Shown in pieces: positions 38,726 through 52,362 of a DNA stretch of 64,000 bases (position 1 is the stretch's first letter; each line of letters starts with the position of its first letter). Below the pieces are notes generated by a model. The model searched no databases and was not told the origin of the DNA. It worked only from the letters and a program-made list of their open reading frames with translations. The translations under genes and the position numbers were made by a program. This stretch comes from a candidate division FCPU426 bacterium (GTDB lineage: Bacteria > Oederibacteriota > Muellerivitia > Muellerivitales > Muellerivitaceae), in NCBI GenBank assembly GCA_963847625.1, contig CAWKAR010000041.1, forward strand, positions 21,138-85,137, given 5' to 3'.

Positions 38726-40474
38726 GTGGCGGAGAAAATTCTCAACGGGATTCCGGCTTCCGGCGGCATCGCCATCGGACCGGCTTATTTATACCGTCCC
38801 CAAGGTTTTTCCATTCCCCGGAAAAGCCTGCGGGCTGAGGAAGTGGGCCAGGAATTAGGCCGGTACCTGGAGGCCTTGAAAAAAACCCGTGAACAGATTC
38901 TGGAACTCGAGGGCCGAATGAAGGAAAAACTCGGGGAGGAGCACGCAGCGATTTTCCAGGCCCACCAAGTGGTATTGGATGATCCCCTCTTTCTGGAGGA
39001 AATTCCTGATGCTATCCGCAAGCGCCGCTTGAACGCCGAACACCTATTGATCGAGGCCCTGGAAAAGTTTCAAACGGTTATCGCTTCCGTTGAGGATTCC
39101 TTTTTCCGTGAGCGGGGAGGGGACATTCAGGACGTGGGAGACCGTGTCTTGAAGAACCTAACGGGAGGCGGGAAAGATATTCTCGGCAAATTGGACCATG
39201 AAGTTATCGTATTGGCCTCCGACCTGACTCCCTCGGACACTGCCACGATGCCCACTGATCATGTGAAGGGTTTTTGCACCGAGATTGGCGGACGAACCTC
39301 CCACGTCGCCATCGTGGCCCGGTCAATGGGGTTGCCGTCCGTGGTGGGCACGCCCAACGTTACTTTGGAAGCGCAGGACGGCGACCTAGTCATTCTGGAC
39401 GGCAATAAAGGGTTAATGGTCATCAACCCAAACCCCCAGACCCTGAAACAGTACCAGCGGTTGAAGGTGAATTACGAGACCTTCCAGAGAAGCTTGGATA
39501 AACTTCGGGCCCTGCCTGCGGCCACGCCCGACGGCCACCGCATCACTCTAGCCGCCAACATCGAAATTCCGCTGGAGTTGGACGAGGTTTTCAGCCATGG
39601 GGCTGAGGGCATCGGGCTTTTCCGGACGGAATTCCTTTTTTTGGACCGCGGGGGTGTCCCTTCGGAGGAGGAACAGTTCGAGGCCTACAGTCAGTTGGCC
39701 ACGCGGACAGGGGTGAACCCCGCCATTGTGCGCACTCTTGACCTGGGAGGCGACAAGTTTCTCTCTGAGGTCAACCCCTTTCACGAGATGAACCCCTTCC
39801 TGGGATTGAGGGCCATCCGTCTTTGCCTGAAAAGGCCCGACATCTTCAAGCCACAGCTCAGGGCTATCCTCCGGGCGGCGGTGCACGGGCCCCTCAAAAT
39901 TATGTTTCCCATGGTGGCCACCGTGGACGAGATCCGGCAGGCCAAGTTGCTTCTGAAGGAATGCGGGCAGGAACTTAAAAGGGAAGGGAAAAAATTCCGG
40001 GAAGACATCGAAGTGGGAGCCATGATCGAGATTCCGTCGGCGGCTATTATGGCCGACCTGCTGATCCAGGAAGCGGACTTTCTTTCCATCGGGACAAACG
40101 ACCTGATTCAGTACACGATGGCGGTGGACCGTGTGAACGAGGCGGTGGCCTATCTTTATGAGCCCTTGAACCCGGCGATTCTCAGGCTTATCCGCATGAC
40201 AGTGGAGGCTTGCCATAAACAGGGTAAATGGGTGGGAATGTGCGGGGAAATGGCGGGCGATCCCCAGTTCGTGCCCCTGCTTTTAGGGATGGGCCTGGAT
40301 GAGTTGTCCGTGTCTCCCTCCATCATTCCTGAAGTGAAGAAGGTGATCCGCCTCATGCCCTATGCGAAGTCCAAGGAGATCGCCCAGGAGGCACTCAAGA
40401 GGACCACCGCAAGCGAGGTTTACGATTTGATCAGGGAAAGTGTGCCGGCCGAATTGAAAGGTATCCTGTTTTAA
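38726..40474 (+). CDS. ptsI: PTS enzyme I
   Basis: GGRTSHVAI, GIGLFRTEF, NPFLGLRAIR, SIGTNDLIQY, GMCGEMAG. Confidence 0.97.
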   Translation: MAEKILNGIPASGGIAIGPAYLYRPQGFSIPRKSLRAEEVGQELGRYLEALKKTREQILELEGRMKEKLGEEHAAIFQAHQVVLDDPLFLEEIPDAIRKRRLNAEHLLIEALEKFQTVIASVEDSFFRERGGDIQDVGDRVLKNLTGGGKDILGKLDHEVIVLASDLTPSDTATMPTDHVKGFCTEIGGRTSHVAIVARSMGLPSVVGTPNVTLEAQDGDLVILDGNKGLMVINPNPQTLKQYQRLKVNYETFQRSLDKLRALPAATPDGHRITLAANIEIPLELDEVFSHGAEGIGLFRTEFLFLDRGGVPSEEEQFEAYSQLATRTGVNPAIVRTLDLGGDKFLSEVNPFHEMNPFLGLRAIRLCLKRPDIFKPQLRAILRAAVHGPLKIMFPMVATVDEIRQAKLLLKECGQELKREGKKFREDIEVGAMIEIPSAAIMADLLIQEADFLSIGTNDLIQYTMAVDRVNEAVAYLYEPLNPAILRLIRMTVEACHKQGKWVGMCGEMAGDPQFVPLLLGMGLDELSVSPSIIPEVKKVIRLMPYAKSKEIAQEALKRTTASEVYDLIRESVPAELKGILF

Positions 40475-40835
40475 CTACCTTTTTTCCAATTTCTGAAAAA
40501 TTATTGTATTTTGGGCCCATTAGTTGAGTAATAAAGGCTTTGAAATAAGCGTTTTTGAAGTTTCCCGCCTGAAATAAAAAACAATAATAGTGAATTAAAA
40601 ACACAATTCATCTTTTCCGTTTGGAGGCTTAGGAACAAAGGCAGGGATATAATTTACATACATCAGGAAGAATTTTTCCTTTGGGGAAGCGCTTTTTGGG
40701 CATTTTTAAACAGGGAAGGGTAATAAAAGCAGTTTAAAACGATTTTCATTGTGTTACCAACATATTTTAACGAATCAATTCCAACCCGACTCTCCCCAAG
40801 AACCTTCCTGAATTGAATACAATTTCAGGTTTGAA

Positions 40836-43800
40836 ATGACCGTCAAACGGAAAAATAAAATCTGTCGGGGTTTATTTCCCTTTGAAACCGGTTTAATTAC
40901 CCGGTTGGTTTCTGCACTACTGGCTTTCCTTTGTTTTTGTCTATCTCTGACTCTTCCGTTCCGGTCTTTGGCCCAATGCACCCCCTCCTCGGCCAGGATC
41001 TGCCTAAGCGGTGACGACAACACCCATGTTTGGATGAATGGTTTCGATATTGGGACGCAGATGTATTGCAATTGGGACGGCACCGGCACATGCCCGCCGG
41101 CATGCCTGACCATTCCTACTTCGGATTTCAACCTAGGTCAAACCGTGTGCCTGTCCATCGCCACCACAAATACCTCCGCCGGCTTTGTTTATTCCTCCTG
41201 GATGTTGGACGTGACCTGCTCGAACGGTTCTCATTCGGTTATCACCAACACCACGACCACGCCGAAGCTCTATTTCGACTCCGGCGCCGCGGGTGATGGG
41301 ACGGGCACTTGCGGCACCTCAACGGGGGCCCCCGTCACTGACGGTAGCAGTAATGCCTGGACTTCCCCTAATTACAACCCCGCATCGAGCCCTTTTACCT
41401 GGACGGTTTACAGCGACGCCGGCACAGTCTATTCACCGCCGATCTACAATCCCATCACCGGAGCTTCCGTCCCTTGGATCTCCTGGCAAGCCTCGGGGCA
41501 GGGAAGCGGGAACGGAAGCTGCGGCATCATGTATATGCGCCAATGCACCACGCTTCCGACCACCCAGACACCCTTGGGTCCGACCAGTTTTACCATCAGT
41601 AAGGTTTTCGCTAGTGGAAATCCTGTCATTGGAACCAGCAATGTCATGGTTACCTATTACGTCGAGGTTTGCAACAAGGGCCAGGGGGCAACAACGCCTG
41701 TTACACTCACCGACACCATGAGCAACACTTTGATTGGCATGAACTATACCGCAATCAACGATTTAACCCCGGAACCCACCGAGTCCGTGGGTGCAGTCAG
41801 TTTTCTCGACAATGGCAGTCCACTTACGCTCATATATCTTGGGGGTTATTTCCCCGGAAATGCTTGTGTAACCCTGGTTGTTTCAGCCGCGAATGATTAT
41901 TACACGTCCAGTGATCTCGGGACCCCCATTCCAAATTGTGGCGGCGTGGCTTGGAGCACGGGAAGCGCCAGCTCTTGTGTTACCTTCACCCTTCCGACCC
42001 TTTCCCCCACGCCAACCTTCACTTACACTTTGACCTATACTAATACATACACTTATACACCGACCAAGACGACACCCACCTATACTCCTACCTATACCTA
42101 TACTTATACCCCGACAATCGCGGTTACTCCGACACCCACCCATACCAATACCTACACCTATACTTACACCAATACATTCACCGCCACTTCCACTCAGACT
42201 CGCACCAATTCTCCGACCAATACACAGACGCCCTCGCCTACCCCCACACAAACGAACACGCCAACGCGTTCAGCTACCCCCACACTGACAAACACAATCT
42301 CGCCTACTCCTACCCCCACCATGACACCGACGCCTACTCCGACGCGTTCAAACACACCCACCTCCACACCCACAGTTTCACCGACACCCACCCCTACAAA
42401 TACCCCGACCCGGACACCGAGCCCCACGTCTACGGTTACACCTACCCCAACTCCGACCGTCTCGCCCACTCCTACTCCCACAGTTTCACCGACGCCTACT
42501 CCGACGCGTTCAAATACACCCACCAACAGCCCTACCAATACCATGACGGTTACCCCGTCAAATACTGCTACCCGAACGTCGACACCCACACTGACAAACA
42601 CAATCTCGCCTACTCCTACTCCCACAATGACACCGACGCCTACTCCGACGCGTTCAAATACACCGACCAACAGCCCTACCAATACCATGACGGTTACCCC
42701 ATCAAATACTGCTACCCGGACGCCTACTCCCACCCTGACGAACACCACGACCCAGACACCCACAACATCCTCCACCCCGACGCCTACAAATACGGCTACT
42801 CCTACTCCAACCCGTACACCCACTCCCACTCCGACTAACTCCCCAATCTCTACACCCACAACCTCGCCCACTCCTACACCAACCAATACTCCCACTGTCA
42901 CCCCGACTCGGACGTCAACATCCACACCGACGAACTCCCCAACCTCCACACCCACAACCTCGCCTACTCCTACTCCCACAGTTTCACCGACTCCTACTCC
43001 GACGCGTTCAAATACACCCACCAACAGCCCTACCAATACCATGACGGTTACCCCATCAAATACTGCTACCCGAACGTCAACTCCCACACCGACGAACTCC
43101 CCAACCTCCACACCCACAACCTCGCCCACTCCTACATCGACGAATAGCCCAACGTCTACTCCGACCCGGACGCCTACTCCCACCCTGACGAACACCACGA
43201 CCCCGACACCCACAACATCCTCCACCCCGACGCCTACAAATACGGCTACTCCTACTCCAACCCGTACACCCACTCCCACGTCAACGAACTCGGCTACAAA
43301 TAGCCCTACAAACACACCCACGCCGACCGCGACGAACACACCGACGAGAACACCTACCCCCACCCCGACCCCCACGCCTACGAACACGCTTACTCCCACC
43401 CCCAGCCCGACTGGGACCACATCGCCTACATCCACCGCGACTAACACCCCCACACGCACGAACACACCCACTTCAACTTCCACGCCCACCATTACACCCA
43501 CGCTCACGCCTACTTCCACCCCAACACGGACACCTACACCTACTTTGACGCCAACCCCGACGACGACCCCTACGCCTACGCCGACGAATACACCCACTAA
43601 CACACCAATTTCCACGTCCACGCCAACCCCGACGACAACGCCAACGCTGACCCCCACGAATACACCGACGAGAACACCTACCCCCACCCCGACCTCTACA
43701 CCAACCACAACCCCCACGCTGACCCCGACCAACACGCCCACAAGGACGCCTACGTCCACTCCGACCCCCACGTCTACCATTACCCCCACACCGACGCCAA

Positions 43801-46391
43801 CCAATACGCCTACGAACACGCTTACTCCCACCCCCAGCCCGACTGGGACCACATCGCCCACATCCACCCCGACCAACACCCCCACCCGCACGAACACACC
43901 CACTTCGACTTCCACGCCCACCATTACACCCACGCTCACGCCTACTTCTACCCCGACAAGGACACCCACACCCACTCCGACACCCTCTCCCACAACGACC
44001 CCTACGCCTACGCCGACGAATACACCCACTAACACACCAATTTCCACGTCCACGCCGACTCCGACGACAACGCCAACGCTGACCCCCACGAATACACCGA
44101 CGAGAACACCTACCCCCACCCCGACCTCTACACCAACCACAACCCCCACGCTGACCCCGACCAACACGCCCACAAGGACGCCTACGTCCACTCCGACCCC
44201 TACGCCTACCATTACCCCCACACCGACGCCAACCAATACGCCCACCAACACGCTTACTCCCACCCCCAGCCCGACTGGGACGACTTCACCCACGAATACC
44301 CCGACCAACACCCCCACTCGCACGAACACACCCACTTCGACTTCCACGCCCACCATTACACCCACGCTCACGCCGACTTCTACCCCGACAAGGACACCCA
44401 CACCCACTTTGACGCCGACCCCGACGACGACCCCTACGCCTACGCCGACGAATACACCCACTAACACACCAATTTCCACGTCCACGCCAACCCCGACGAC
44501 AACGCCAACGCTGACCCCCACGAATACACCGACGAGAACGCCTACCCCTACCTCTACACCAACCACAACCCCCACGCTGACCCCGACCAACACGCCCACA
44601 AGGACGCCTACGTCCACTCAGACCCCCACGCCTACCATTACCCCCACACCGACGCCAACCAATACGCCCACCAACACGCTTACTCCCACCCCCAGCCCAA
44701 CTGGGACCACATCGCCCACATCCACCCCGACCAACACTCCCACGCGCACAAACACACCCACTTCGACTTCCACGCCCACGATCACATTTACGCCAACCCC
44801 AACCAATACCCCAACCAACACACCGACTTCCACACCGACGCCCACTCCTACAACGACTCCCACATTTACTCCGACTTTCACTCCAACGAGGACGTCCACA
44901 CCTACTCCGACCCTGACTCTAACGGCGACATCTTCGCCCACGCCCACAACCACACCGACCTCAACCCCGACGAGTACGCCCACACCGACCCCGACAACAA
45001 CGCCCACTCTCACTCCAACCAACACGCCCACATCCACCCCGACCCCGACGCGCACGCCAACCCCCAGCGCGACGGCTTCCCCGACTCCAACGGCTTCCTT
45101 GACATCAACTGGGACGCCCACCATTACGTCTTCGCCGACCCCCAGCCCGACCGGCACGACATCGCCCACGAATACACCCACCATTACGCCAACGACTACA
45201 CCAACCTCAACTCTCACTCCCACACCGACCTTGACACCCACATCGACACCCACCAACACGCCCACCCGCACCCCGACGCCAACTCCAACGGATACTTTTA
45301 CCTCGACGCCGACCTCGACTCCAACTGGCACCTCAACCAACACACCCACCTCGACCTATACCCCCATCTTCACGCCAACATACACATACACCCCGACGAA
45401 CACATCCACTCCCACAACCACCCCGACCAATACGCCGACCCCGACATCGACCCCCACCCCAACAAATACCAACACTCCTACCCCGATACCGACCAACACA
45501 TCCACTTCAACGCCGACCTCGACTCCAACTCCCACCCCGACCGACACCCCCATATTCACGCCAACATCCACCAACACCCCAACGGACACTTATACGGCCA
45601 CGAATACTTCCACTTCGACCAACACACCAACGGACACTTATACGGCCACCCAGACGAATACGCCGACATCAACGAAAACTCCCACCAACACTGCTACGGT
45701 CACAAACACTCCGACAGCCACTTATAGCCCCACGGACACTTTGACCCCCACCTCCACGTTTACCGCCACAAATACACCGACCTCGACCGCCACCCCGACC
45801 ACAACCAACACTCCAACTGATACAAGTACTCCGACATCCACGAGCACCCCCACAAACACCTTCACAGCCACGTTGACCTCGACAGCTACTTATACCTCCA
45901 CGAATACGCCGACCCCGACCTTTACCCGGACCTCGACCTTGACCCCAACCTTTACCAGCACCTGGACCTCCACCTCCACCCCCACGTTCACGCGTACCCC
46001 GACACCGACTAAGACAAACACGCCCCTTTGGACCTCCACTCCCACGCCGACTTCCACGCTCACGGCGACCTCCACGGTCACGCAGGTGCCGACCTGGACG
46101 CCGACGGTAGATTACTTCACGGTGACGAAGAACGTATTCAAGGGAGGGGAGTCGGTATCCATCTATGTGGGGACGAGCCAATACCCCGGGCCGTTCGAAT
46201 TGAGCGTGTACAATTCGGCGGGGGAGCACATTAGGACGTTGGACAGCCGGTACCTGGAAGCACTGTTTGAAGGAAGCTTCTATTGGGATGGGAAGAACAA
46301 GTTCGGGGACATGTGCGCGAGCGGGGTTTACCTCTTCTACCTGACGGAACCCATGGACCGCAAAACCAAGAGGGTCATCTTTATTAGGTGA
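40836..46391 (+). CDS. Giant secreted mucin-like surface protein 1 (Cys-rich head, Thr/Pro stalk, FlgD-Ig/T9SS-like C-terminal domain)
   Basis: Signal peptide ...[10 protein letters not shown]; ~390-aa head; ~1,370-aa (T-x)n stalk; 94-aa C-domain with [17 protein letters not shown]. Confidence 0.88.
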   Translation: MTVKRKNKICRGLFPFETGLITRLVSALLAFLCFCLSLTLPFRSLAQCTPSSARICLSGDDNTHVWMNGFDIGTQMYCNWDGTGTCPPACLTIPTSDFNLGQTVCLSIATTNTSAGFVYSSWMLDVTCSNGSHSVITNTTTTPKLYFDSGAAGDGTGTCGTSTGAPVTDGSSNAWTSPNYNPASSPFTWTVYSDAGTVYSPPIYNPITGASVPWISWQASGQGSGNGSCGIMYMRQCTTLPTTQTPLGPTSFTISKVFASGNPVIGTSNVMVTYYVEVCNKGQGATTPVTLTDTMSNTLIGMNYTAINDLTPEPTESVGAVSFLDNGSPLTLIYLGGYFPGNACVTLVVSAANDYYTSSDLGTPIPNCGGVAWSTGSASSCVTFTLPTLSPTPTFTYTLTYTNTYTYTPTKTTPTYTPTYTYTYTPTIAVTPTPTHTNTYTYTYTNTFTATSTQTRTNSPTNTQTPSPTPTQTNTPTRSATPTLTNTISPTPTPTMTPTPTPTRSNTPTSTPTVSPTPTPTNTPTRTPSPTSTVTPTPTPTVSPTPTPTVSPTPTPTRSNTPTNSPTNTMTVTPSNTATRTSTPTLTNTISPTPTPTMTPTPTPTRSNTPTNSPTNTMTVTPSNTATRTPTPTLTNTTTQTPTTSSTPTPTNTATPTPTRTPTPTPTNSPISTPTTSPTPTPTNTPTVTPTRTSTSTPTNSPTSTPTTSPTPTPTVSPTPTPTRSNTPTNSPTNTMTVTPSNTATRTSTPTPTNSPTSTPTTSPTPTSTNSPTSTPTRTPTPTLTNTTTPTPTTSSTPTPTNTATPTPTRTPTPTSTNSATNSPTNTPTPTATNTPTRTPTPTPTPTPTNTLTPTPSPTGTTSPTSTATNTPTRTNTPTSTSTPTITPTLTPTSTPTRTPTPTLTPTPTTTPTPTPTNTPTNTPISTSTPTPTTTPTLTPTNTPTRTPTPTPTSTPTTTPTLTPTNTPTRTPTSTPTPTSTITPTPTPTNTPTNTLTPTPSPTGTTSPTSTPTNTPTRTNTPTSTSTPTITPTLTPTSTPTRTPTPTPTPSPTTTPTPTPTNTPTNTPISTSTPTPTTTPTLTPTNTPTRTPTPTPTSTPTTTPTLTPTNTPTRTPTSTPTPTPTITPTPTPTNTPTNTLTPTPSPTGTTSPTNTPTNTPTRTNTPTSTSTPTITPTLTPTSTPTRTPTPTLTPTPTTTPTPTPTNTPTNTPISTSTPTPTTTPTLTPTNTPTRTPTPTSTPTTTPTLTPTNTPTRTPTSTQTPTPTITPTPTPTNTPTNTLTPTPSPTGTTSPTSTPTNTPTRTNTPTSTSTPTITFTPTPTNTPTNTPTSTPTPTPTTTPTFTPTFTPTRTSTPTPTLTLTATSSPTPTTTPTSTPTSTPTPTPTTTPTLTPTNTPTSTPTPTRTPTPSATASPTPTASLTSTGTPTITSSPTPSPTGTTSPTNTPTITPTTTPTSTLTPTPTLTPTSTPTNTPTRTPTPTPTDTFTSTPTSTPTGTSTNTPTSTYTPIFTPTYTYTPTNTSTPTTTPTNTPTPTSTPTPTNTNTPTPIPTNTSTSTPTSTPTPTPTDTPIFTPTSTNTPTDTYTATNTSTSTNTPTDTYTATQTNTPTSTKTPTNTATVTNTPTATYSPTDTLTPTSTFTATNTPTSTATPTTTNTPTDTSTPTSTSTPTNTFTATLTSTATYTSTNTPTPTFTRTSTLTPTFTSTWTSTSTPTFTRTPTPTKTNTPLWTSTPTPTSTLTATSTVTQVPTWTPTVDYFTVTKNVFKGGESVSIYVGTSQYPGPFELSVYNSAGEHIRTLDSRYLEALFEGSFYWDGKNKFGDMCASGVYLFYLTEPMDRKTKRVIFIR
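41995..46106 (+). repeat. Intragenic Thr/Pro repeat array, including 432/432/426-nt super-units
   Basis: CCCAGCCC(G/A)ACTGGGAC anchors at 43401, 43833, 44265, 44691. Confidence 0.9.
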
Positions 46392-46419
46392 AATAATTTG
46401 GGAAAACGCGAAGGGAAGC

Positions 46420-49400
46420 ATGGTTGAAATGAAATTAAATAATAATATTCAAACGGTCATAAGGATGGGAATAGCATTCCTTTCCATCTTGATAGTCCCC
46501 GTCCTTTCCTGGGCCCAGTGTGCACCCTCGGCGTTAAAGATTTGCGCCAATGCCGATGACCTGATCACCCTCTACTTAAACGGCAATAGCGCAGGAACTT
46601 TCGGATACGTAGGAACGTATGACACGGCGGCGATCAGCTGCAACACCGTCAGCACAAGCTTCTTGAACGCCACCGGAACCAACGTCATCTCGGTGCTGAA
46701 CCAGAGTACTGCTGCCTCACAGATGTGGGCCACTTGGTCGCTGGATATAACCTGTTCCAATGGCCAGCACGTCTACGTCACAGACGCGTCAAGCGCGGTC
46801 TCGGTTTTCGACGAACTTAACAGTTGCTCCGTCACTGCCCCGCCGGGAACGGGGGGCAACTGGTATTCCACTAGTTTTGTCCCGACAGGTTGGACGGTTG
46901 CCTCAACCGTGTCGGGAACCCTTTGGGGCAAACAAATCCTGGACCCCCAGACTGGTGTGGCCATACCGGTCATTTCATACAATAGCAGCGCCTACGCCCC
47001 CGACGCTGGTTGCGATTGGGAATATTTCCTGCAGGACTTCACCTTGAGTAATACGGTCACCCCGCCTGCCGCGCCCGCCTTCACCGTCTCCAAATCCGCC
47101 AGCCCGAACAGCGACGTTATGAACAACGCCAATATCACCTATATCTTGCAGGTATGCGACACGGGCGGCCCGGAACTTGAACCAGTTACTGTCACGGAAA
47201 CCACGCCGGTGGATTTTACGGGAGATTTTAGTTATATGTGGGAAGTCACGCCAGCCGGACCTTGGTATCCCTGGTGTGGCGGCGCCGCGTCGGTTTGCAC
47301 CAATGCTGACTCGACTCAAACATTTTCTATTGTTTATCCACTGGGTTTCGCAGCGAATTCCTGCCAGTCCGTAACCTGGCAGGATTATTCAGGCTGGAAT
47401 TACAGTTGCGATGTCCGTTACAACAAAGCCACCATCTACTACTATAACGGCTCTTCCATAACAACCACGAATTACACGACCCTCGCGCCCATAACGATAG
47501 CTTGTAACACCGCTACCCCGACCTACACACCAACCTACACCTATACGTACACTTATACACCGACCAAGACGACACCCACCTATACTCCTACCTACACCTA
47601 TACCTATACCCCGACAATCGCGGTTACTCCGACATTCACCCATACCAATACCTACACCTATACTTACACCAATACCTTCACCGCCACGTCTACTCCGACC
47701 CGCACCAATTCTCCGACCAATACACAGACGCCCTCGCCTACCCCCACACAAACGAACACGCCAACGCGTTCAGCTACCCCCACACTGACAAACACAATCT
47801 CCCCTACTCCTACCCCCACAATGACACCAACGCCTACTCTGACGCGTTCAAACACACCGACCAACACACCCACCTCCACACCCACAGTTTCACCGACACC
47901 CACCCCTACGAATACCCCGACCCGGACACCGAGCCCCACGTCTACGGTTACACCTACCCCAACTCCGACCGTCTCGCCCACTCCTACTCCCACAGTTTCA
48001 CCGACGCCTACTCCGACGCGTTCAAATACACCCACCAACAGCCCTACCAATACCATGACGGTTACCCCGTCAAATACTGCTACCCGAACGTCGACACCCA
48101 CACTGACAAACACAATCTCGCCTACTCCTACTCCCACAATGACACCGACGCCTACTCCGACGCGTTCAAATACACCGACCAACAGCCCTACCAATACCAT
48201 GACGGTTACCCCATCAAATACTGCTACCCGGACGCCTACTCCCACCCTGACGAACACCACGACCCCGACACCCACAACATCCTCCACCCCGACGCCTACA
48301 AATACGGCTACTCCTACTCCAACCCGTACACCCACTCCCACACCGACGAACTCCCCAACCTCCACACCCACAACCTCGCCCACTCCTACGCTGACCAATA
48401 CTCCCACAGTTTCACCGACTCCTACTCCGACGCGTTCAAATACACCCACCAACAGCCCTACCAATACCATGACGGTTACCCCATCAAATACTGCTACCCG
48501 AACGTCAACTCCCACACCAACTAACTCCTCAACCTCCACACCCACAACCTCGCCCACTCCTACATCGACGAATAGCCCAACGTTTACTCCGACCCGGACG
48601 CCTACTCCCACCCTGACGAACACCACGACCCCGACACCCACAACATCCTCCACCCCGACGCCTACAAATACGGCTACTCCTACTCCAACCCGTACACCCA
48701 CTCCCACACCGACGAACTCCCCAACCTCCACACCCACAACCTCGCCCACTCCTACGCCAACCAATACTCCCACTGCCACCCCGACCCGGACGTCAACTCT
48801 CACTCCGACGAACTCCCCAACCTCCACACCCACAACCTCGCCCACTCCTACGCTGACCAATACTCCCACAGTTTCACCGACTCCTACTCCGACGCGTTCA
48901 AATACACCCACCAACAGCCCTACCAATACCATGACGGTTACCCCATCAAATACTGCTACCCGAACGTCAACTCCCACACCAACTAACTCCTCAACCTCCA
49001 CACCCACAACCTCGCCCACTCCTACATCGACGAATAGCCCAACGTTTACTCCGACCCGGACGCCTACTCCCACCCTGACGAACACCACGACCCCGACACC
49101 CACAACATCCTCCACCCCGACGCCTACAAATACGGCTACTCCTACTCCAACCCGTACACTCACTCCCACGTCAACAAACTCGGCTACAAATAGCCCTACA
49201 AACACACCCACGCCGACCGCGACGAACACACCGACGAGAACACCTACCCCCACCCCGACCCCCACGCCTACGAACACGCTTACTCCCACCCCCAGCCCGA
49301 CTGGGACCACATCGCCTACATCCACCGCGACTAACACCCCCACACGCACGAACACACCCACTTCAACTCCCACGCCCACCATTACACCCACGCTCACGCC

Positions 49401-52335
49401 TACTTCCACCCCAACACGGACACCTACACCTACTTTGACGCCAACCCCAACGACGACCCCTACGCCTACGCCGACGAATACACCCACTAACACACCAATT
49501 TCCACGTCCACGCCAACCCCGACGACAACGCCAACGCTGACCCCCACGAATACACCGACGAGAACACCTACCCCCACCCCGACCTCTACACCAACCACAA
49601 CCCCCACGCTGACCCCGACCAACACGCCCACAAGGACGCCTACGTCCACTCCGACCCCTACGCCTACCATTACCCCCACACCGACGCCAACCAATACGCC
49701 CACCAACACGCTTACTCCCACCCCCAGCCCGACCGGGACCACATCGCCTACATCCACCGCAACTAACACCCCCACCCGCACGAACACACCCACTTCGACT
49801 TCCACGCCCACCATTACACCCACGCTCACGCCTACTTCTACCCCGACAAGGACACCCACACCCACTCCGACACCCTCTCCCACAACGACCCCTACGCCTA
49901 CGCCGACGAATACACCCACTAACACACCAATTTCCACGTCCACGCCGACTCCGACGACAACGCCAACGCTGACCCCCACGAATACACCGACGAGAACACC
50001 TACCCCCACCCCGACCTCTACACCAACCACAACCCCCACGCTGACCCCGACCAACACGCCCACAAGGACGCCTACGTCCACTCCGACCCCTACGCCTACC
50101 ATTACCCCCACACCGACGCCAACCAATACGCCCACCAACACGCTTACTCCCACCCCCAGCCCGACTGGGACGACTTCACCCACGAATACCCCGACCAACA
50201 CCCCCACCCGCACGAACACACCCACTTCGACTTCCACGCCCACCATTACACCCACGCTCACGCCGACTTCTACCCCGACAAGGACACCCACACCCACTTT
50301 GACGCCGACCCCGACGACGACCCCTACGCCTACGCCGACGAATACACCCACTAACACACCAATTTCCACGTCCACGCCAACCCCGACTACCACACCTACT
50401 CCCACTTCGACGAACACACCCACGAGGACGCCTACGTCCACTCCGACCCCCACGCCTACCATTACCCCCACACCGACGCCAACCAATACGCCCACCAACA
50501 CGCTTACTCCCACCCCCAGCCCAACTGGGACCACATCGCCCACTGCCACCCCGACCAACACTCCCACGCGCACAAACACACCCACTTCGACTTCCACGCC
50601 CACGATCACATTTACGCCAACCCCAACCAATACCCCAACCAACACACCGACTTCCACACCGACGCCCACTTCTACAACGACTCCCACATTTACTCCGACT
50701 TTCACTCCAACGAGGACGTCCACACCTACTCCGACCCTGACCCTAACGGCGACATCTTCGCCCACGCCCACAACCACACCGACCTCAACCCCGACGAGTA
50801 CGCCCACACCGACCCCGACAACAACGCCCACTCTCACTCCAACCAACACGCCCACATCCACCCCGACCCCGACGCGCACGCCAACCCCCAGCGCGACAGC
50901 TTCCCCGACTCCAACGGCTTCCTTGACATCAACTGGGACGCCCACCATTACGTCTTCGCCAACCCCCAGCCCGACCGGCACGACATCGCCCACGAATACA
51001 CCCACCATTACGCCAACGACTACACCAACCTCAACTCTCACTCCCACACCGACCTTGACACCCACATCGACACCCACCAACACGTCCACCCGCACCCCGA
51101 CGCCAACTCCAACGGATACTTTTACCTCGACGCCGACCTCGACTCCAACTGGCACCTCAACCAACACACCCACCTCGACCTATACCCCCATCTTCACGCC
51201 AACATACACATACACCCCGACGAACACATCCACTCCCACAACCACCCCGACCAATACGCCGACCCCGACATCGACCCCCACCCCAACAAATACCAACACT
51301 CCTACCCCGATACCGACCAACACATCCACTTCAACGCCGACCTCGACTCCAACTCCCACCCCGACTGACACCCCCATATTCACGCCAACATCCACCAACA
51401 CCCCAACGGACACTTATACGGCCACCCAGACGAATACGCCGACATCAACGAAAACTCCCACCAACACCGCTACGGTCACAAACACTCCGACAGCCACTTA
51501 TAGCCCCACGGACACTTTGACCCCCACCTCTACGTTTACCGCCACAAATACACCGACCTCGACCGCCACCCCGACCACAACCAACACTCCGACTGATACA
51601 AGTACTCCGACATCCACGAGCACCCCCACAAACACCTTCACAGCCACGCCGACCCCGACGGCCACTTATAGTCCCACGAACACTTTGACCCCCACCTCCA
51701 CGTTTACCGCCACAAATACACCGACTTCGACCGCCACCCCGACCACAACCAATACCCCGACTGATACGGGCACTTCGACATCCACGAGTACCCCCACGAA
51801 CACCTTCACAGCCACGTTGACCTCGACAGCTACTTATACCTCCACGAATACGCCGACCCCGACCTTTACCCGGACCTCGACCTTGACCCCAACCTTTACC
51901 AGCACCTGGACCTCCACCTCCACCCCCACGTTCACGCGTACCCCGACACCGACTAAGACAAACACGCCCCTTTGGACCTCCACTCCCACGCCGACTTCCA
52001 CGCTCACGGCGACCTCCACGGTCACGCAGGTGCCGACCTGGACGCCGACGGTAGATTACTTCACGGTGACGAAGAACGTATTCAAGGGAGGGGAGTCGGT
52101 ATCCATCTATGTGGGGACGAGCCAATACCCCGGGCCGTTCGAATTGAGCGTGTACAATTCGGCGGGGGAGCACATTAGGACGTTGGACAGCCGGTACCTG
52201 GAAGCACTGTTTGAAGGAAGCTTCTATTGGGATGGGAAGAACAAGTTCGGGGACATGTGCGCGAGCGGGGTTTACCTCTTCTACCTGACGGAACCCATGG
52301 ACCGCAAAACCAAGAGAGTGATCTTCATCCGGTAA
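46420..52335 (+). CDS. Giant secreted mucin-like surface protein 2
   Basis: ...SWA|QCAPSA; different head; ~1,510-aa stalk; C-domain identical in amino acids to proteins 1 and 3. Confidence 0.88.
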   Translation: MVEMKLNNNIQTVIRMGIAFLSILIVPVLSWAQCAPSALKICANADDLITLYLNGNSAGTFGYVGTYDTAAISCNTVSTSFLNATGTNVISVLNQSTAASQMWATWSLDITCSNGQHVYVTDASSAVSVFDELNSCSVTAPPGTGGNWYSTSFVPTGWTVASTVSGTLWGKQILDPQTGVAIPVISYNSSAYAPDAGCDWEYFLQDFTLSNTVTPPAAPAFTVSKSASPNSDVMNNANITYILQVCDTGGPELEPVTVTETTPVDFTGDFSYMWEVTPAGPWYPWCGGAASVCTNADSTQTFSIVYPLGFAANSCQSVTWQDYSGWNYSCDVRYNKATIYYYNGSSITTTNYTTLAPITIACNTATPTYTPTYTYTYTYTPTKTTPTYTPTYTYTYTPTIAVTPTFTHTNTYTYTYTNTFTATSTPTRTNSPTNTQTPSPTPTQTNTPTRSATPTLTNTISPTPTPTMTPTPTLTRSNTPTNTPTSTPTVSPTPTPTNTPTRTPSPTSTVTPTPTPTVSPTPTPTVSPTPTPTRSNTPTNSPTNTMTVTPSNTATRTSTPTLTNTISPTPTPTMTPTPTPTRSNTPTNSPTNTMTVTPSNTATRTPTPTLTNTTTPTPTTSSTPTPTNTATPTPTRTPTPTPTNSPTSTPTTSPTPTLTNTPTVSPTPTPTRSNTPTNSPTNTMTVTPSNTATRTSTPTPTNSSTSTPTTSPTPTSTNSPTFTPTRTPTPTLTNTTTPTPTTSSTPTPTNTATPTPTRTPTPTPTNSPTSTPTTSPTPTPTNTPTATPTRTSTLTPTNSPTSTPTTSPTPTLTNTPTVSPTPTPTRSNTPTNSPTNTMTVTPSNTATRTSTPTPTNSSTSTPTTSPTPTSTNSPTFTPTRTPTPTLTNTTTPTPTTSSTPTPTNTATPTPTRTLTPTSTNSATNSPTNTPTPTATNTPTRTPTPTPTPTPTNTLTPTPSPTGTTSPTSTATNTPTRTNTPTSTPTPTITPTLTPTSTPTRTPTPTLTPTPTTTPTPTPTNTPTNTPISTSTPTPTTTPTLTPTNTPTRTPTPTPTSTPTTTPTLTPTNTPTRTPTSTPTPTPTITPTPTPTNTPTNTLTPTPSPTGTTSPTSTATNTPTRTNTPTSTSTPTITPTLTPTSTPTRTPTPTPTPSPTTTPTPTPTNTPTNTPISTSTPTPTTTPTLTPTNTPTRTPTPTPTSTPTTTPTLTPTNTPTRTPTSTPTPTPTITPTPTPTNTPTNTLTPTPSPTGTTSPTNTPTNTPTRTNTPTSTSTPTITPTLTPTSTPTRTPTPTLTPTPTTTPTPTPTNTPTNTPISTSTPTPTTTPTPTSTNTPTRTPTSTPTPTPTITPTPTPTNTPTNTLTPTPSPTGTTSPTATPTNTPTRTNTPTSTSTPTITFTPTPTNTPTNTPTSTPTPTSTTTPTFTPTFTPTRTSTPTPTLTLTATSSPTPTTTPTSTPTSTPTPTPTTTPTLTPTNTPTSTPTPTRTPTPSATASPTPTASLTSTGTPTITSSPTPSPTGTTSPTNTPTITPTTTPTSTLTPTPTLTPTSTPTNTSTRTPTPTPTDTFTSTPTSTPTGTSTNTPTSTYTPIFTPTYTYTPTNTSTPTTTPTNTPTPTSTPTPTNTNTPTPIPTNTSTSTPTSTPTPTPTDTPIFTPTSTNTPTDTYTATQTNTPTSTKTPTNTATVTNTPTATYSPTDTLTPTSTFTATNTPTSTATPTTTNTPTDTSTPTSTSTPTNTFTATPTPTATYSPTNTLTPTSTFTATNTPTSTATPTTTNTPTDTGTSTSTSTPTNTFTATLTSTATYTSTNTPTPTFTRTSTLTPTFTSTWTSTSTPTFTRTPTPTKTNTPLWTSTPTPTSTLTATSTVTQVPTWTPTVDYFTVTKNVFKGGESVSIYVGTSQYPGPFELSVYNSAGEHIRTLDSRYLEALFEGSFYWDGKNKFGDMCASGVYLFYLTEPMDRKTKRVIFIR
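47508..52050 (+). repeat. Intragenic Thr/Pro repeat array, including 432/432/360-nt super-units
   Basis: Anchors at 49291, 49723, 50155, 50515. Confidence 0.9.
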
Positions 52336-52362
52336 GGATTACCAAAAAAATATTTGGATTTT

